NCBI GenBank assembly: GCA_002633005.1
Contig: NMRA01000124.1
Location: 575,814-639,813 of the forward strand
Length of the DNA stretch: 64,000 nucleotides
Origin: Phoronis australis
Lineage: Eukaryota > Animalia > Phoronida
Reading direction: 5' to 3'
The notes under the pieces were generated by a model that was not told where the DNA came from, did no database searches, and saw only the letters and a list, made by a program, of their open reading frames with translations. Made by a program: the position numbers and the translations under genes. Shown here in pieces: positions 1-11,697 of this stretch (the first letter of the stretch is position 1; each line of letters opens with the position of its first letter).

Positions 1-169
1 CAATGCACCTGGATACTAGCAACGCGAACAATTGTTTGGTGTAGTGGGTGTTACACATGTAAGAAGAAGAAAGCAATTCATCACTACCACAAAATCGTAA
101 CATAATTTTAGAACATTCCATTATTTCTTAGACAAGGCAGCATAGGGTAAACTCGATCGCACTCTCCCA

Positions 170-360
170 CGCACGCACCCAGGGGGCGAAGAGGGCAAAA
201 AGGTCCGTCTCCGAGAGACAAAAGTTCCGAGAAAATGGGACAAAAGTCCACTAAAGAAACACAAACGCGCAATTCACAGTGGTGGTCCCGTTTTTTTTAG
301 TCCGCCCACTCATTTGTTAGCAAAAGGTCCACATCGTCAGGAATTCGAGCCCCCCCCCCA
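170..360 (+). mobile_element. MITE family A, partial copy
   Basis: Shares gcacgcacccaggggg...aaaaggtcc...aaaagtccac...ttagcaaaaggtccacat with 7204-7415 and 30710-30940. Confidence 0.7.
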
Positions 361-859
361 TTGAGTATATCACCACTCGTAAGTAGTCGAAGTTCAAAAT
401 GTCATGACAAAAAAGTTAAGAGGTACTGAACAGCAATCAAAATATTCACTAGCCAAACAACTTCATACAAAATTGAATTAAAAAGACTTGGATGATAAAA
501 CTAAAAATTTTATTTTCTATACCCACTGTTCATATTATCAATAGCAGTAAATATTTCAGGTAAGCTAAAGCTATACCACAAGATCATATTTGTTACTTAG
601 CCACAACTGGGGGTTAAATTAATGACAATCACCAAAAAATGTCAGCCCACCATTCAGACTCTAAAAGACCCATCAGTTTCACTTTGGCTCTCTTCAAATC
701 ACAGGCTAACCATTCATAAAATGTTTCAATGTGATCAACCTTAGTAAAATACGAAAACCAGATTTTGACTAATTGTCCTTTCTACATGTGAAGTTCCAGT
801 ACTTGCTTTGTGAAACGATAACCAGAAATGCAAAAAAGCCTATTCCACGGCTGTAACAT

Positions 860-1693
860 AACTTCCGGAGAACTTTTTGACATCTTCATTTTTGGTGGAT
901 TCCGCCGGGAGATCAAATACTGCTCGGGCACTGCATTCAATAGCAGCTTGTTCTTCATTCGTGAACATGGACTCCTCGAAGTGATGAGAGCATAAGTTGC
1001 ACTTCTTGGACAAGTAGGTTGCATCTCTATTCATAAGGTAGGCTCCCAGTGCTTGCACCTGAACAGAAAGCAATGAGAGACTCAGGAACAAACCTCATAC
1101 TCACCAGGTTCACAGGAGACTGGTAGTCCTGTCGTACTGTGATTGTGATACAAAAGCGTCTTGGTGTCAACTAAAAAAACTAGGACTCAAATGTCGATCC
1201 ACGCATATTTTAAGGGCCGCACAACTTTTCACCGAGACCCACAGATTCTCTAGCTTGACTAATGAAATATTTGAGGCCCTGTGGCCTGTGGCTGTGATTG
1301 TGCCATGGCCGTGTCACCATGATTCATATTCACCCTAGGCCATGGGTATGTTTTCCTAAAATCATCCCTGCGATCATTAGAGTGACATTTTGATTTGGAA
1401 TACATGGACTGCAAGTATACAAAAAGCTTACGATCGTATTACGTTAATCATAGGCCTTCCGCCGGCTGCCCACTAGGCCTAGCCTACACTGCAGACAACA
1501 GACAGTGCCGGGCACCTGGACTGCGATCGACTTGTCTAACAACTGTGAACAGAACACACAAAATGAAAGACAATGTACCATATTATTGAATAACAGGTAA
1601 TCCCTACCTTTCTGGATCCTTGGGAAACCTACAAAATGACACGTCTGGGGTTTTCATTCAATTTATCGCACTGCAAAATGCGTCCTTCCCCAT
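860..1693 (-). pseudogene. Two-exon THAP zinc-finger gene remnant (THAP12/PRKRIR-like subtype, probably the N-terminus of a P-element or hAT transposase); stop and frameshifts
   Basis: Exon 1 (1693-1608) reads MGKDAFCSAIN*MKTPDVSFCRFPKDPE(R) and ends at AG|GTAGG. Acceptor ctttctgttcAG| at 1060-1059. Exon 2 from 1058 reads (R)CKHW, then frameshifts to MNRDATYLSKKCNLCSHHFEESMFTN and KNKLLLNAVP...NPPK. FP, W, LCxxHF and AVP are THAP hallmarks. The 3' end of exon 2 is uncertain. Confidence 0.85.
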
Positions 1694-2089
1694 TGTTTTG
1701 GAGCTTCCTGGTTGACCGTTGCTTGTTCACCACTTGGCGGCGCTAGTAGTAGCGGTAACAGCGAACTCGCAAGTGAGTTCTCCTATACTACTACACTCCT
1801 TGCTTCGACCGAGAAAATTTCGTCTGCTAAAGTAGGTTACCACTAGTAACTGAGTATAATGCTCAAGTCAAAGGATCCCGACGACACGATACCCGCATTC
1901 AAATTGGAGATCGGTGATTTACAAGTGAGAGAACACGAGAGATATATTTCTCTGAATTAAAATATCGTTTTTATGGAAATTATGCGTCTTTTTTTCATAG
2001 CGTAAAAATGTCGGTACAATGCCCTTTGCTGAACATGCGATTGTTGCGCATGCTCATTTAAGTATTCTATTTTCACGTTCCATGACGTC

Positions 2090-2162
2090 AGCCGCTAAGT
2101 GGTGTAGTGGTAAAGTCGGTGACTCGAAACTCTTGAGGCCCGGGTTTGAAACAGGTCTCGGT
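2090..2162 (+). mobile_element. Degenerate tRNA-derived SINE head
   Basis: A-box-like tggtgtagtggtaa and B-box-like gggtttgaaac at tRNA-like spacing; no clean cloverleaf. Confidence 0.5.
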
Positions 2163-2909
2163 TTCCCATCAAAATATTATCTCACTAGTGAGATAACTAA
2201 AAGGGTTATTACACGGTTGTATTTGCCATTTGACGCTACTATTGTGGTGTAAATTATTTTTAACAGAATAGCGAATTAACTCAAGTAACGTCGTTGTGGC
2301 GCCAGTGTTCCGTATGAATGTTCAGTAGGGGAGGCTTTACTGAGACTGATTCGAATTCCATGGTAACTTCCTTGCTCTGGGGTGGATCTAGGATATCATG
2401 AGGAGCGCGACTACAATGCTAGAAGACAAACGTTCGTCTCAGTTGTTAGAAGTTAAACGGTCTTTTGTATCCAGCGGCAGTTTTTGTCATACCCGAGAAT
2501 GCCTTAAAAGCGATTTCTTTCTGACTCAAAAAATATCTAAATTAAAATATTTTCACAAAGGAAACGAGGTTTCCAGTCTCCTGAGAACAATAGCCCCAGA
2601 TGAAAGCGTTGCGAGATGTTACTGTACAGTCAAACATTTTATAAGCAGTTGTTGCATAAAATTCAATTAAATGAAATAAGTAAGTGTAGAGTCCTAGTAA
2701 TATGTCCATACAGCTTAATAAAAACAAAGACTTTTTTCATAGCGCGTGACATAACGAAGATGAAATACACAAAACACAGCACTAAAGTTTCTTGGGTTCT
2801 AAGTTCCTAGAAGTCAACGGGCAATTAAAAGCACCCCCCTCCCTCCGCGTCTTGTACTTTGTTCAAATTCAACCCACAATTGTGTAGGACCACCTTTTGT
2901 GATTAGCTT

Positions 2910-3405
2910 GGATAGGATTGACTTCTTGAAGTTATTAGCTTTGCTCAGAGTTGTAAATCAGCACAATTTCTCGTGTTTTTGTGACGTCATTGTAAGTCGC
3001 CGATTGCTCACTCACAATGGCTTCCAGTCAAAGAAAATTGAAATTGAGGCGGCGAACCCATGAGCTGTTTCGGTCGCTGATTGCGGTAAAAATGGCAGTG
3101 CACGATGTTTATTAAAGCCAACATAGAAAGAAAAGAGCCAATTTCCTTAGTATAAGAGAGTAAAAGAGGCGAAGAAGATTTGAGAACGAAATTGAGCCCT
3201 GGACTGTCGTGCGAGATGAATTGAGCATTTCCAGAAGTTTGAGATAAGCTCTCACCGTTTGACAGCCGGGCGAGTTTGCGTGCTTCTCTTGTCTTTAAGA
3301 AACAGCTTGGTACTCATACCTTATCGAATTATCTCGGCCAGTCGGCAGAATTATAAAAAATTGCTTTCCTAAATGGCAAATTCCGCTTTGAAATGCTGAC
3401 AACTT
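2910..3405 (+). repeat. Dispersed repeat family B, 5' part (homologous to 8950-9540)
   Basis: Shared blocks ggattg(a/g)cttcttgaagtta, gaaat(t/c)gaggcgg, ggactgtc...gagcatttcc, tctcggccagt, cctaaatg...ccgctttgaaa. Confidence 0.75.
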
Positions 3406-4379
3406 AGCAGTCCAGTTGCCGTCTCCATAACCCCTAATGAACCCTGTGTTGGTTATTGTAAAGTTCTACTCTTGATATACATTGAATAGGACCAGGAGAA
3501 CAAAATTAGTTATGTTGGAGATTGTGCAACCTTGAAAATTTTTTGCAGTTCAAGGTAGAGGATGGCGCCTTTTTGAATTTCGGTACATTTTCTTATTTTC
3601 AATTTGAGGACTTACAGACTCAACATGGCTATGTAATTCATCATTTATGCCATTCTCTATGATGCAATTCCCCTTTTTGTGTTATTTTATTGATGCAGGG
3701 TCATACTTTAGGTCAAATCAGAGTTCAAATGTCTAAACTGCCTAACATCTTTCTGGGATTCTGTGTTTCCTCTCATTCGCCTTTTATTTTCCTGAGTAAG
3801 CACGGTTTTTATGGAAGATTAAACTGTTTCAAAAGTTTTGCTTTTGAGTTTTCATTACATTTATCGGTACAAAAGAAATTATCTGGCGTGGAAATGCTCA
3901 TCAGTTCAAAATTGCCGGAGTCTCCAGTAAAATGAACGGAAAGGCTTTGAGCGATTATCTATGGGCATACAGTCTCATCATGGCTGTGTTACGTCTCAAT
4001 ATGTACTCGAATGAGGCCAAGACTTGTGACGAGCTGTTGGTTTATCAGCAGATGGTAAATGTTGCACGTGTATAAATCCAAATCCAAACGCGTGCAGTTT
4101 CAGATTCTTAATCATTCAAATATGTATGTATATGCATATGTGTATTGAATTTGAATGTAAATTGATTGCAAGCTGACTTGTAAAATCTCACCGGCATAAC
4201 AAGACAGGAATTTAATATATTTACATATATGCATAGTTTAGATGAATATTTATGCGGGAAACTCAATATTGCGGTGTCCAGCATTTGACGTTTCGTTTAC
4301 AGTTAACATAATTGCACTAACAAATAATAAATTAGAAAAAAATCACACGTAGCATGGGCAAACTACAGGACCATAGCCT

Positions 4380-4440
<61 letters not shown>
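4380..4440. repeat. (CA)n microsatellite grading into (TA)n
   Basis: Seen directly. Confidence 0.98.
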
Positions 4441-4599
4441 CCGTAATCGTTCGGGTTAACGCCCATGTTCGGTTAACCGCCCATCCCCTACTTTAGGTGG
4501 ATTTTCAATTTAACCGCCCACTGCTCGGTTAACCGCCCTCCCCCGATTTTTTGGATTCGCCAATTTAACCGCCCAGGGCGTTAACCCGAACGATTACGG
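4441..4599. mobile_element. Tc1/mariner (pogo-like) MITE
   Basis: Perfect 24-bp TIR ccgtaatcgttcgggttaacgccc / gggcgttaacccgaacgattacgg, TA on both flanks, internal repeated ttaaccgccc motif. Confidence 0.9.
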
Positions 4600-5064
4600 T
4601 ATATATAAACTGTGCGGACTACACGTATTCACATGTCCCTATTCCCAAAGAATGCTGACGTGTGATTTGGGTTATTGACATTTAAGGAAGAGGTCTAATT
4701 CCAGTATCTAGCGTTCCTTTATCTTAGCATGGAGGAATCAAAAGACGTTTATTTAACATTAACCGTACTTTTGTCGAAAGACGTAGATTTTCCTTATTTC
4801 AGTTCAACGTGACCGTTGACCCTCAGTTAACCTTGAGTTTTTTCCTGCATGCGCAGCATAACACCGAAAATGGAGTCTACGTCCAAAAAACATTAGAAAC
4901 AACATACTGCAGGATCCTATAAGCAATCTTGTTCAGAATTTGGAAATTGGGCAAAATTAAAAAAACTCTTAATTTTGTTCCCCTAACCACGTGCCAAACA
5001 TTTCCGAAAGAAAACTTTACAGATTTGATATAAAATTGCAGGGTCAACTTTTTGGCAACTATAC

Positions 5065-5290
5065 TACAATAATTACAAATGATAACCAATACACTTTTGG
5101 GTTAAGTGTTCCAGAGTATTGTGTTCTTGGACACCATGCCTGAACTCTAAAATGTTGACTGTATTTGAGCTTGCGAGTCAGGCTGTGCCTGAAGGTCACG
5201 TGGTTTAACGACTGGGGAAATCGAAAGTCATTGGACACGCAGATTTTTCGTAAAATAAGAGCAAATTAGAAACGCATTTACGTCAGAAAA
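5065..5290 (+). repeat. Dispersed repeat family B, 3' part (homologous to 9540-9740)
   Basis: gacaccatgcctgaactctaa...ggggaaatcgaaagtcattggacacgcaga matches gacatcatgtcggaactctaa...ggggaaattcgagggttattgacttcgcaga. Confidence 0.7.
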
Positions 5291-6347
5291 TCTTTAACTG
5301 TCGCGTTAGCGTGCTTGGTGCTTTCATCATATTTGCATTTTGTATTGAATGCAAATTATTATAGCTTTATTTAACTTTGTATACTTTGAAAAACTTCGAC
5401 TTCATAGGAAAGAGCATCGTTTGGGCGGGAACAAGTTTTTTGATTTATTGCTTTGTATTAAAAAAAATGTTTCATGAAATTTGTAACTTAAAAATTGAAA
5501 TGGAGGCAGTGTCTTCAATTAACTTGTTTATATTGATCTAATGAAATGACACCGCCAAAAAAAAACTTGTAAATCAAACGCCAAGCTCTGCGGGTGCTAA
5601 TTTATCAGTCAAATGTACTGGGACACTGGTTTTGCGTGACCGGGTGAATTGAAAGCGTCATAATTTATGTTATTTGTTGACAGTATACTACGCTGTTGTT
5701 ATGTTATAGAGTTAATTAATGTTAATCATAATTCCCGGGATGTGTACATAATGCGATGCATATGTTCGCATGTATAGCCATCTGTCTTCGTCGACAACCA
5801 GTTTTGTTGGTCAGAGCCGTAACTACTGTGTACCGTACATGCGCGTACTTAGTGTTTCGCGTATGGCGGCATGCGCTAAGAATAAAGTGTTTGATGGGTG
5901 GGTGCACGTGTGTTAACCCTCAATTACAGACCCTAGCACATAATCAGGTTTTGCGCATGTCTTAAACTGGGTGTTTTTGCGTGTTTTCGTCCATTCTTTG
6001 ACAGTTAATAATCAGTGAATACACGCTATCGTCGACCATTTTGAACCGATAAGTAAAGTTTCGTTCACAAATTATCTTTTTTTAAAATTTGCTCCCCAAT
6101 TTTACTTAAATGTTTCACATATGGGTCCATGAGTAGATAGATAAACTTTATTTAAACTTTACGCTACGTTGAGCCGGAGGCTACTCTCACACAAGGTCAA
6201 GTAATTATAAATATACAATATTACAGTGGAGTATTTGAATGTGTAGAAAATGACATTTTACAATTAAAATAACTTGAATTAAAATAAATCAAAATTGCCA
6301 GTGGAATTTTACTTTCTATTAAGGTGAGGTTTAGCTTGTTTTAAAAA

Positions 6348-6559
6348 GGGTAATGGGGTAAAATCTTGAATTGTGACTGGTAAAGAATTCCATATAAATG
6401 GGGTAATGCGGTACAATCTTGAATTGTGACTGGTAAAGAATTCCATATAAATGGGGTAATGGGGTACAATCTTGAATTGTGACTGGTAAAGAATTACATA
6501 TAAATGGGGTAATGGGGTACAATCTTGAATTGTGACTGGTAAAGAATTACATATAAATG
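6348..6559. repeat. Minisatellite, 53-bp unit x4
   Basis: gggtaatggggtacaatcttgaattgtgactggtaaagaattccatataaatg, four near-identical contiguous copies without spacers. Confidence 0.97.
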
Positions 6560-6635
6560 GATCATTATAATTAAATGAATTTTGACACGTTCTAGTTTTA
6601 ATAGTAGGTAGGTAGTAAATCCTACGGGTTGTATC

Positions 6636-6968
6636 TATGAGGGGCCAACAGTTCTTGAACGAGTACCTTTCTGCATGCAGAAATGTGCTTTAATCTGCGT
6701 GTGCTTTTGCTTAATCTGTTCATGATAGTACAATCACGCAGTGCTCTCAGATTAATTAAGAGCAGAACGATGGTTGTTTAAGAACTAAAAGTACGCGTAG
6801 ATTAAGTAAAAGTACGCGTAGATTAAAGGTACACGTAGATTTAACTAACCTACAAGTAATTTAAGCAAAAGTATGCGTAAATTATGCAAATGTAAACGTA
6901 GATTAAGCAAAAGTACGCATTGATTAAACGCAGACATGTACTCGTTTAAGATCCCTTTGGCCCTCATA
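6636..6968. mobile_element. Non-autonomous TIR element with ~21-bp subterminal tandem repeats
   Basis: Left tatgaggggccaacagttcttgaacgagtacctttctg; right (reverse complement) tatgagggccaaagggatcttaaacgagtacatgtctg; array of aaaagtacgcgtagattaag at 6788-6927 with inverted copies near 6690-6718. Confidence 0.8.
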
Positions 6969-7203
6969 TGTAGCTGCAAGGGTGATCTAATCCCGAAAGC
7001 GGTCGCAGCTTCACATGTACGGTAGACTTATGCATAAATGGTACGCAAGCACGAGGAAATGCAGATGCAGAAATGATACGTAACCCATATGATGTAAATG
7101 AGTTAGTGGAAATGTGAACTAAATGAAATGAGATTGAGTTCTCGTGAACTAAACGAAATGAAGAACTAAAATGTATTTGGTTGAACGCGTTTATTGCTGT
7201 GCG

Positions 7204-7415
7204 CATGCGCTGCAGTGGCGGCTCGGGGGGCTCGGAGGAGCCCCCCATTTGACGAAGTGGGCAAAAAGGTCCGCCTCAGAGAAACAAAAAGCCCGAAAAA
7301 AGTCCACGCTGAATGTGGTACCCCGTTTTTTTTTTACTCTGCCGTTTTTTGTTAGTAAAAGGTTCACATTTTCAAAATTTCGAGCTCCCTATATTTTAGG
7401 CTGGGTGCACGCATG
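7204..7415 (+). mobile_element. MITE family A copy
   Basis: Body shared with 170-360 and 30710-30940; ends ctgggtgcacgcatg. Confidence 0.75.
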
Positions 7416-8949
7416 GTGTGCAAACAGGACAAACAGTTTGTTATTCAATTCCATTGATATTTTTGAATTTACGAAATTGGACAACATTGTAAATTCTTGA
7501 CACTGTAGGTCATAGCTTGTACAACGGAGCTTAGCATTTGTCAGAGACAAGCCTACAATTGCGTACAACTCGAAGCTATGATCTATACGACTTCCCAAAT
7601 AATCTGCTGCAATGTTATAAATGTTTATGCATATGTGATATAACTCTATCGTAAATGCAAATGGGTATCAGGGAGTTCATCAACAATCCGATCTAATTGC
7701 AATCAACGTCGCCATCGAAAGTCCGTGGAGGTCTAATTCTCTTAAGACAGTTCGATGACCCGCGTGTTACAGTGTTGATGGCAGACAGCCACTATCATCA
7801 AGCACTTATAGACGTGATGACACGGTAAGTCGTTAATGAGGTATAGTGTACACGCCATATACTTCGTGGTGTTTGCAAATATTCGTTTAATTCGCATTCA
7901 TGCTGATGTTCGATCTACTCGTCACAAGAATGCGGTAAACAAGCGTATATAGCATTTTACGCATGCATCAGAAATCTATCAGAATTTGTTAGTTGTAAAA
8001 TAACCTTCGTGGTCTAAAAAGCGCTACCTATAAACCAAATATAAACAACAGGTGGTGCTACCCACTGTAGCAGGTTGTAGAGGTTAAAGTTGGTATGTCT
8101 CATTAAATTGTGAATATGCAAATGAAGTATTAGTTTACAAACAACCCCGGTCTTTTGATGTGCCGGAAACGATCCGAGAATCAGTTAACATTACAATCTC
8201 GCGAAAGTCTCGTTTTGCGAGACTATTTTTTATGTAAATAAGAATGGTAATATTTAAACGTTATCTTAATGAAACAAGGTATAGTTTTTATTGCGTAATA
8301 TTTGGAATTACTAGAATTTTTTATATGTTCTTACTTCTTTTGAGTGTATCAGCTGAGTCTGTTTCTTTAAAATCGTAATTTATTTACAAACTGTTCCTGA
8401 CCACACTTGTACACACAATTCTCCAGGACGTCACAAGGTGGCACTTGTTACAAATTAAAATATACACGGTTTTAATGAGACATGGCATCTTTATGCTGCG
8501 AATAAGTTATTGCAGCAAGCATGCTTTTCAAGATCCCCTTAAAAGTGTATTTATTGCAAACCGACGGGTTAAGTGTGTGTAGCAAACACATGTCACTGGA
8601 TACTTGATTCGTTCAAATCAACTAAACCAAACAGGGCACGTTTGCAGTTATTTTACGACAAAAATACACCTTCTATGTAACAGGTGTGATGCTAAGTTCA
8701 CTCAAGTAACATTGTCTGTAAAACGAACTGATGACTACCGAAATAGAATGGTTCGAAGGGTGGTGAAATATTAATGAAAACCTGCTTCCATAAGCCTTGA
8801 AGGCTGCATCGCATCATTATGGGTTGTATAATCGATAAAAGGAGAATTCAGGGTTAACGTACGCAAAAGTATGATAAATAGGTACAATACGATTTTTTAA
8901 TGTTCAACGTGGCGTATTGACTTTAATATTCAAAGCAGTGAAAACGCAT

Positions 8950-9740
8950 TTTGGGCAGGATTGGCTTCTTGAAGTTACTAGCTTTGACAGCAGAATATGT
9001 TGTGTTTTTGTGGTTTTGTTACTAGTTGCCGATTTTAAACAAAGGGTGTCAGTCGAAGTTAACTGAAATCGAGGCGGAGACCTCGTCAGCTGTGTCGTTG
9101 CTAGGCGCCGTGACAATGATTGATGTGGGCAAAGTGTTGTGCTGAGCAAAGCTGGTGTGAAAAAAATAACTTCGAATTTCCTCAGTTTATTTGAGAAGGA
9201 GGCCGAAGAGCCGAAGCCCTTGGAGGAGTGACCGCTCTAGAATGAGCATTTGGGAACTAAAGCCTCTACTGGACTGTCCTATGAAATGAGTTGAACATTT
9301 CCGGAAATGTTCAGACACCCCTATGGGTTTGCATTCCTCTCACGTCTTTCAAAACTTTCTTGGTATCCATGCTAACCTTACTTTTAAGCTTAAGTTTTAA
9401 TTTTTTTAAAAATCTCATAATGAGTCCAGTATTTGACTAAAAAATTCGAATGATCTCGGCCAGTTGGTAACATACGAATATGTAACTCGTTTTGAATTCC
9501 TAAATGCCCTAATCCGCTTTGAAAACTCGACAACCTGATAATTGGTACTACAAGCCTATGTAGTTTTAGGAGATATATACCAGAAAAAATGCTTTTAGAC
9601 ATCATGTCGGAACTCTAACATCACGCGGGCTTACAAGTATGGAATAAGTTGAAGATCAAACGGTTCAACAACCGGGGAAATTCGAGGGTTATTGACTTCG
9701 CAGAATTTTGCAAAAACGAAACGCAGTCACGTAAGATAAT
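8950..9740 (+). repeat. Dispersed repeat family B, uninterrupted copy
   Basis: Collinear with 2910-3405 plus 5065-5290. Confidence 0.75.
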
Positions 9741-9952
9741 TGAAGTATTTTTACACTAAAGTAAGAATAACTGTCGAAGTGTTGTTTGACATAGAGATGT
9801 GTAATTACGTTCAACGTTGCACGATGTTTTCATGCTTAATTGTCACTGAATAGTGTAATTGTTCACGGGTGCGCGTCTGACACGGTTTAAATCCACAGCC
9901 GTTGTCAAGGTAAACAGCTTTCCCAGGTAAACACATTCCCAGCAAGTAGAAG

Positions 9953-10110
9953 CAGGGGTGAATCCAGGATTTTGAGTAAAAGCTGGGCAGGGCAGAGTAT
10001 TAGCCAGGATTTTGCCCGTCAGACATTCGCACCCCCGAACTGCTAAATAGAATCCGGGAAAATTTAGGGGGGACATGGTCCCCTTGCTCCCCCCCTTAAA
10101 TCCGCCACTG
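9953..10110. mobile_element. MITE with CAGGGG...CCACTG termini
   Basis: caggggtgaatccagga ... ccttaaatccgccactg imperfect TIRs; agaag on both flanks. Related end fragments near 2379 and 38215. Confidence 0.7.
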
Positions 10111-11560
10111 AGAAGTTCCCTGAATCACCCCTTTATGGAAAACTTCACCGCTAAGTAAATGGGTTTTGTTCGTAAATGATCAAGTTTCTATCTTTAGACA
10201 TCGCTGTTATTTTGTAGTGAAAATTTTCTTGCATTTCGAAGTTTCGTAAGTGACCTATATTAAGAACGATAATTTTGGATAGAGCTAGGCCAGGGCTAAA
10301 TATTCGTTAGGTTGTTAAGCCCTAATTTACCTAAGAAACACACTGTTTTCCGCGGTAACGCCGCGCTTGCTTAAGCGCACGGTTGTGCACTGATCGAATG
10401 ATGCCGTCTGCCAGTCTATCCGTCTGCATTTCTTTCAGTCCAACTGTATTGATGTCTATTGAATCTCCATCTATCTGGCATGAGACCGATGACATCGCGC
10501 TTGCATAAGCACACGACGATTTACACGGCTGTACACAGAATGGCGTTATCCAATGCATTTACATGAAGACTCTTAACATCATCCTACACATCCCAGAATA
10601 AGATGTTTCTGTGTGCGTCTTTAATTTCCTGGATGGAATGTGCGCGGTGCGTAATAAGGAAGTGTCCTTCAAGAGAGCTAGCGTTACTCTCAGACTCCAA
10701 GGAAATGACAAGATAATCTTTAGAAATCATAAACTAGTCTGGTTGGCTGATTAATTACATGTACTATACGTTATTTGCTAAATTCGATACGATTCATTCA
10801 CAAACATAACTCTTAGTCAGTCACAAAGATGTAAAACCAAAGGCATTCACTTGGATGTAGTTTGTTTGTTCGTCTACTGGACGTAACTGATTGAACTAAA
10901 AGTCGAAATTGCTCAGCTTACAAAGAGGCTTTCGCTGGACTAAAGTTGTACATTAGTCACGTTTGAAGTTCACTAACGATTTGCTTGTCGTCGCTTGAAC
11001 AAGTCGTATTAGCGTCAATCTATTTGAGTTTATTTCCTTATAAACAAGAATGTTTTTCTATTAAGAACTAACGTTAACAAACAATTTGCAAACAATGATT
11101 TTGTCTCGGATGACATCATTGTAAGAACCAATTGTCAATCGTTTTTGCCCACAAAGTAACACTTAATGTACTCCTACAGATATTACACGTCACATTTACA
11201 AAAAAAAACGTAAAAACGGGTAATTAGGAAATATCTGTGGAGACTTGTATCTCGTCCATGACACAAGTTTATGTAGAACGTTCGATTTCGATACAAACAA
11301 CATGATATTAAAACTCAGAGCCCGGTAGACATGTACTTTTAGACACGCTAGGAAAGGTAGTTACCCGTTGGAACACATATCTGGGATTTTGGAAACCAAA
11401 ACGTTTCCAACGTACTTACAAGGAATGAATGATCCACAATACAGTACTGGGTGCTAACGAAGTCGTCTGTACACGTACATGCGCAAACATCAACATGTTC
11501 CATGCAAGTAATGTCTAGTGCACCACGCCATTTTACCTAGATCTGCCGTAGAGTTAATAA

Positions 11561-11697
11561 GCACTAGTCGGATATAGTGGTCCCTGATATAGGTAAATTA
11601 AGGAAATAAATACATCCTCTGAATAACCGACCGCTTTGTTATTCAGTGATTGCCTGGTTCTTTCAATCAGGGACCGCTATACCCGGCGACCAGTGCC
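11561..11697. mobile_element. Small MITE-like inverted repeat
   Basis: gcactagtcggatatagtggtccctgat ... atcagggaccgctatacccggcgaccagtgc. Confidence 0.7.

Noticed and set aside
6348-6559. CRISPR-like array
   Set aside because: Units are contiguous with no unique spacers; eukaryotic context and no cas genes.
8722-8760. ctgatga-ctacc-gaaa as a minimal hammerhead
   Set aside because: Stem II cannot close (C opposite C) and no UH cleavage site precedes the possible stem I partner.
10331-10558. 75-aa minus-strand ORF ending at a GTAAAT donor-like site
   Set aside because: No recognisable domain; the frame that reads through the donor has an upstream stop. At most a UTR exon.
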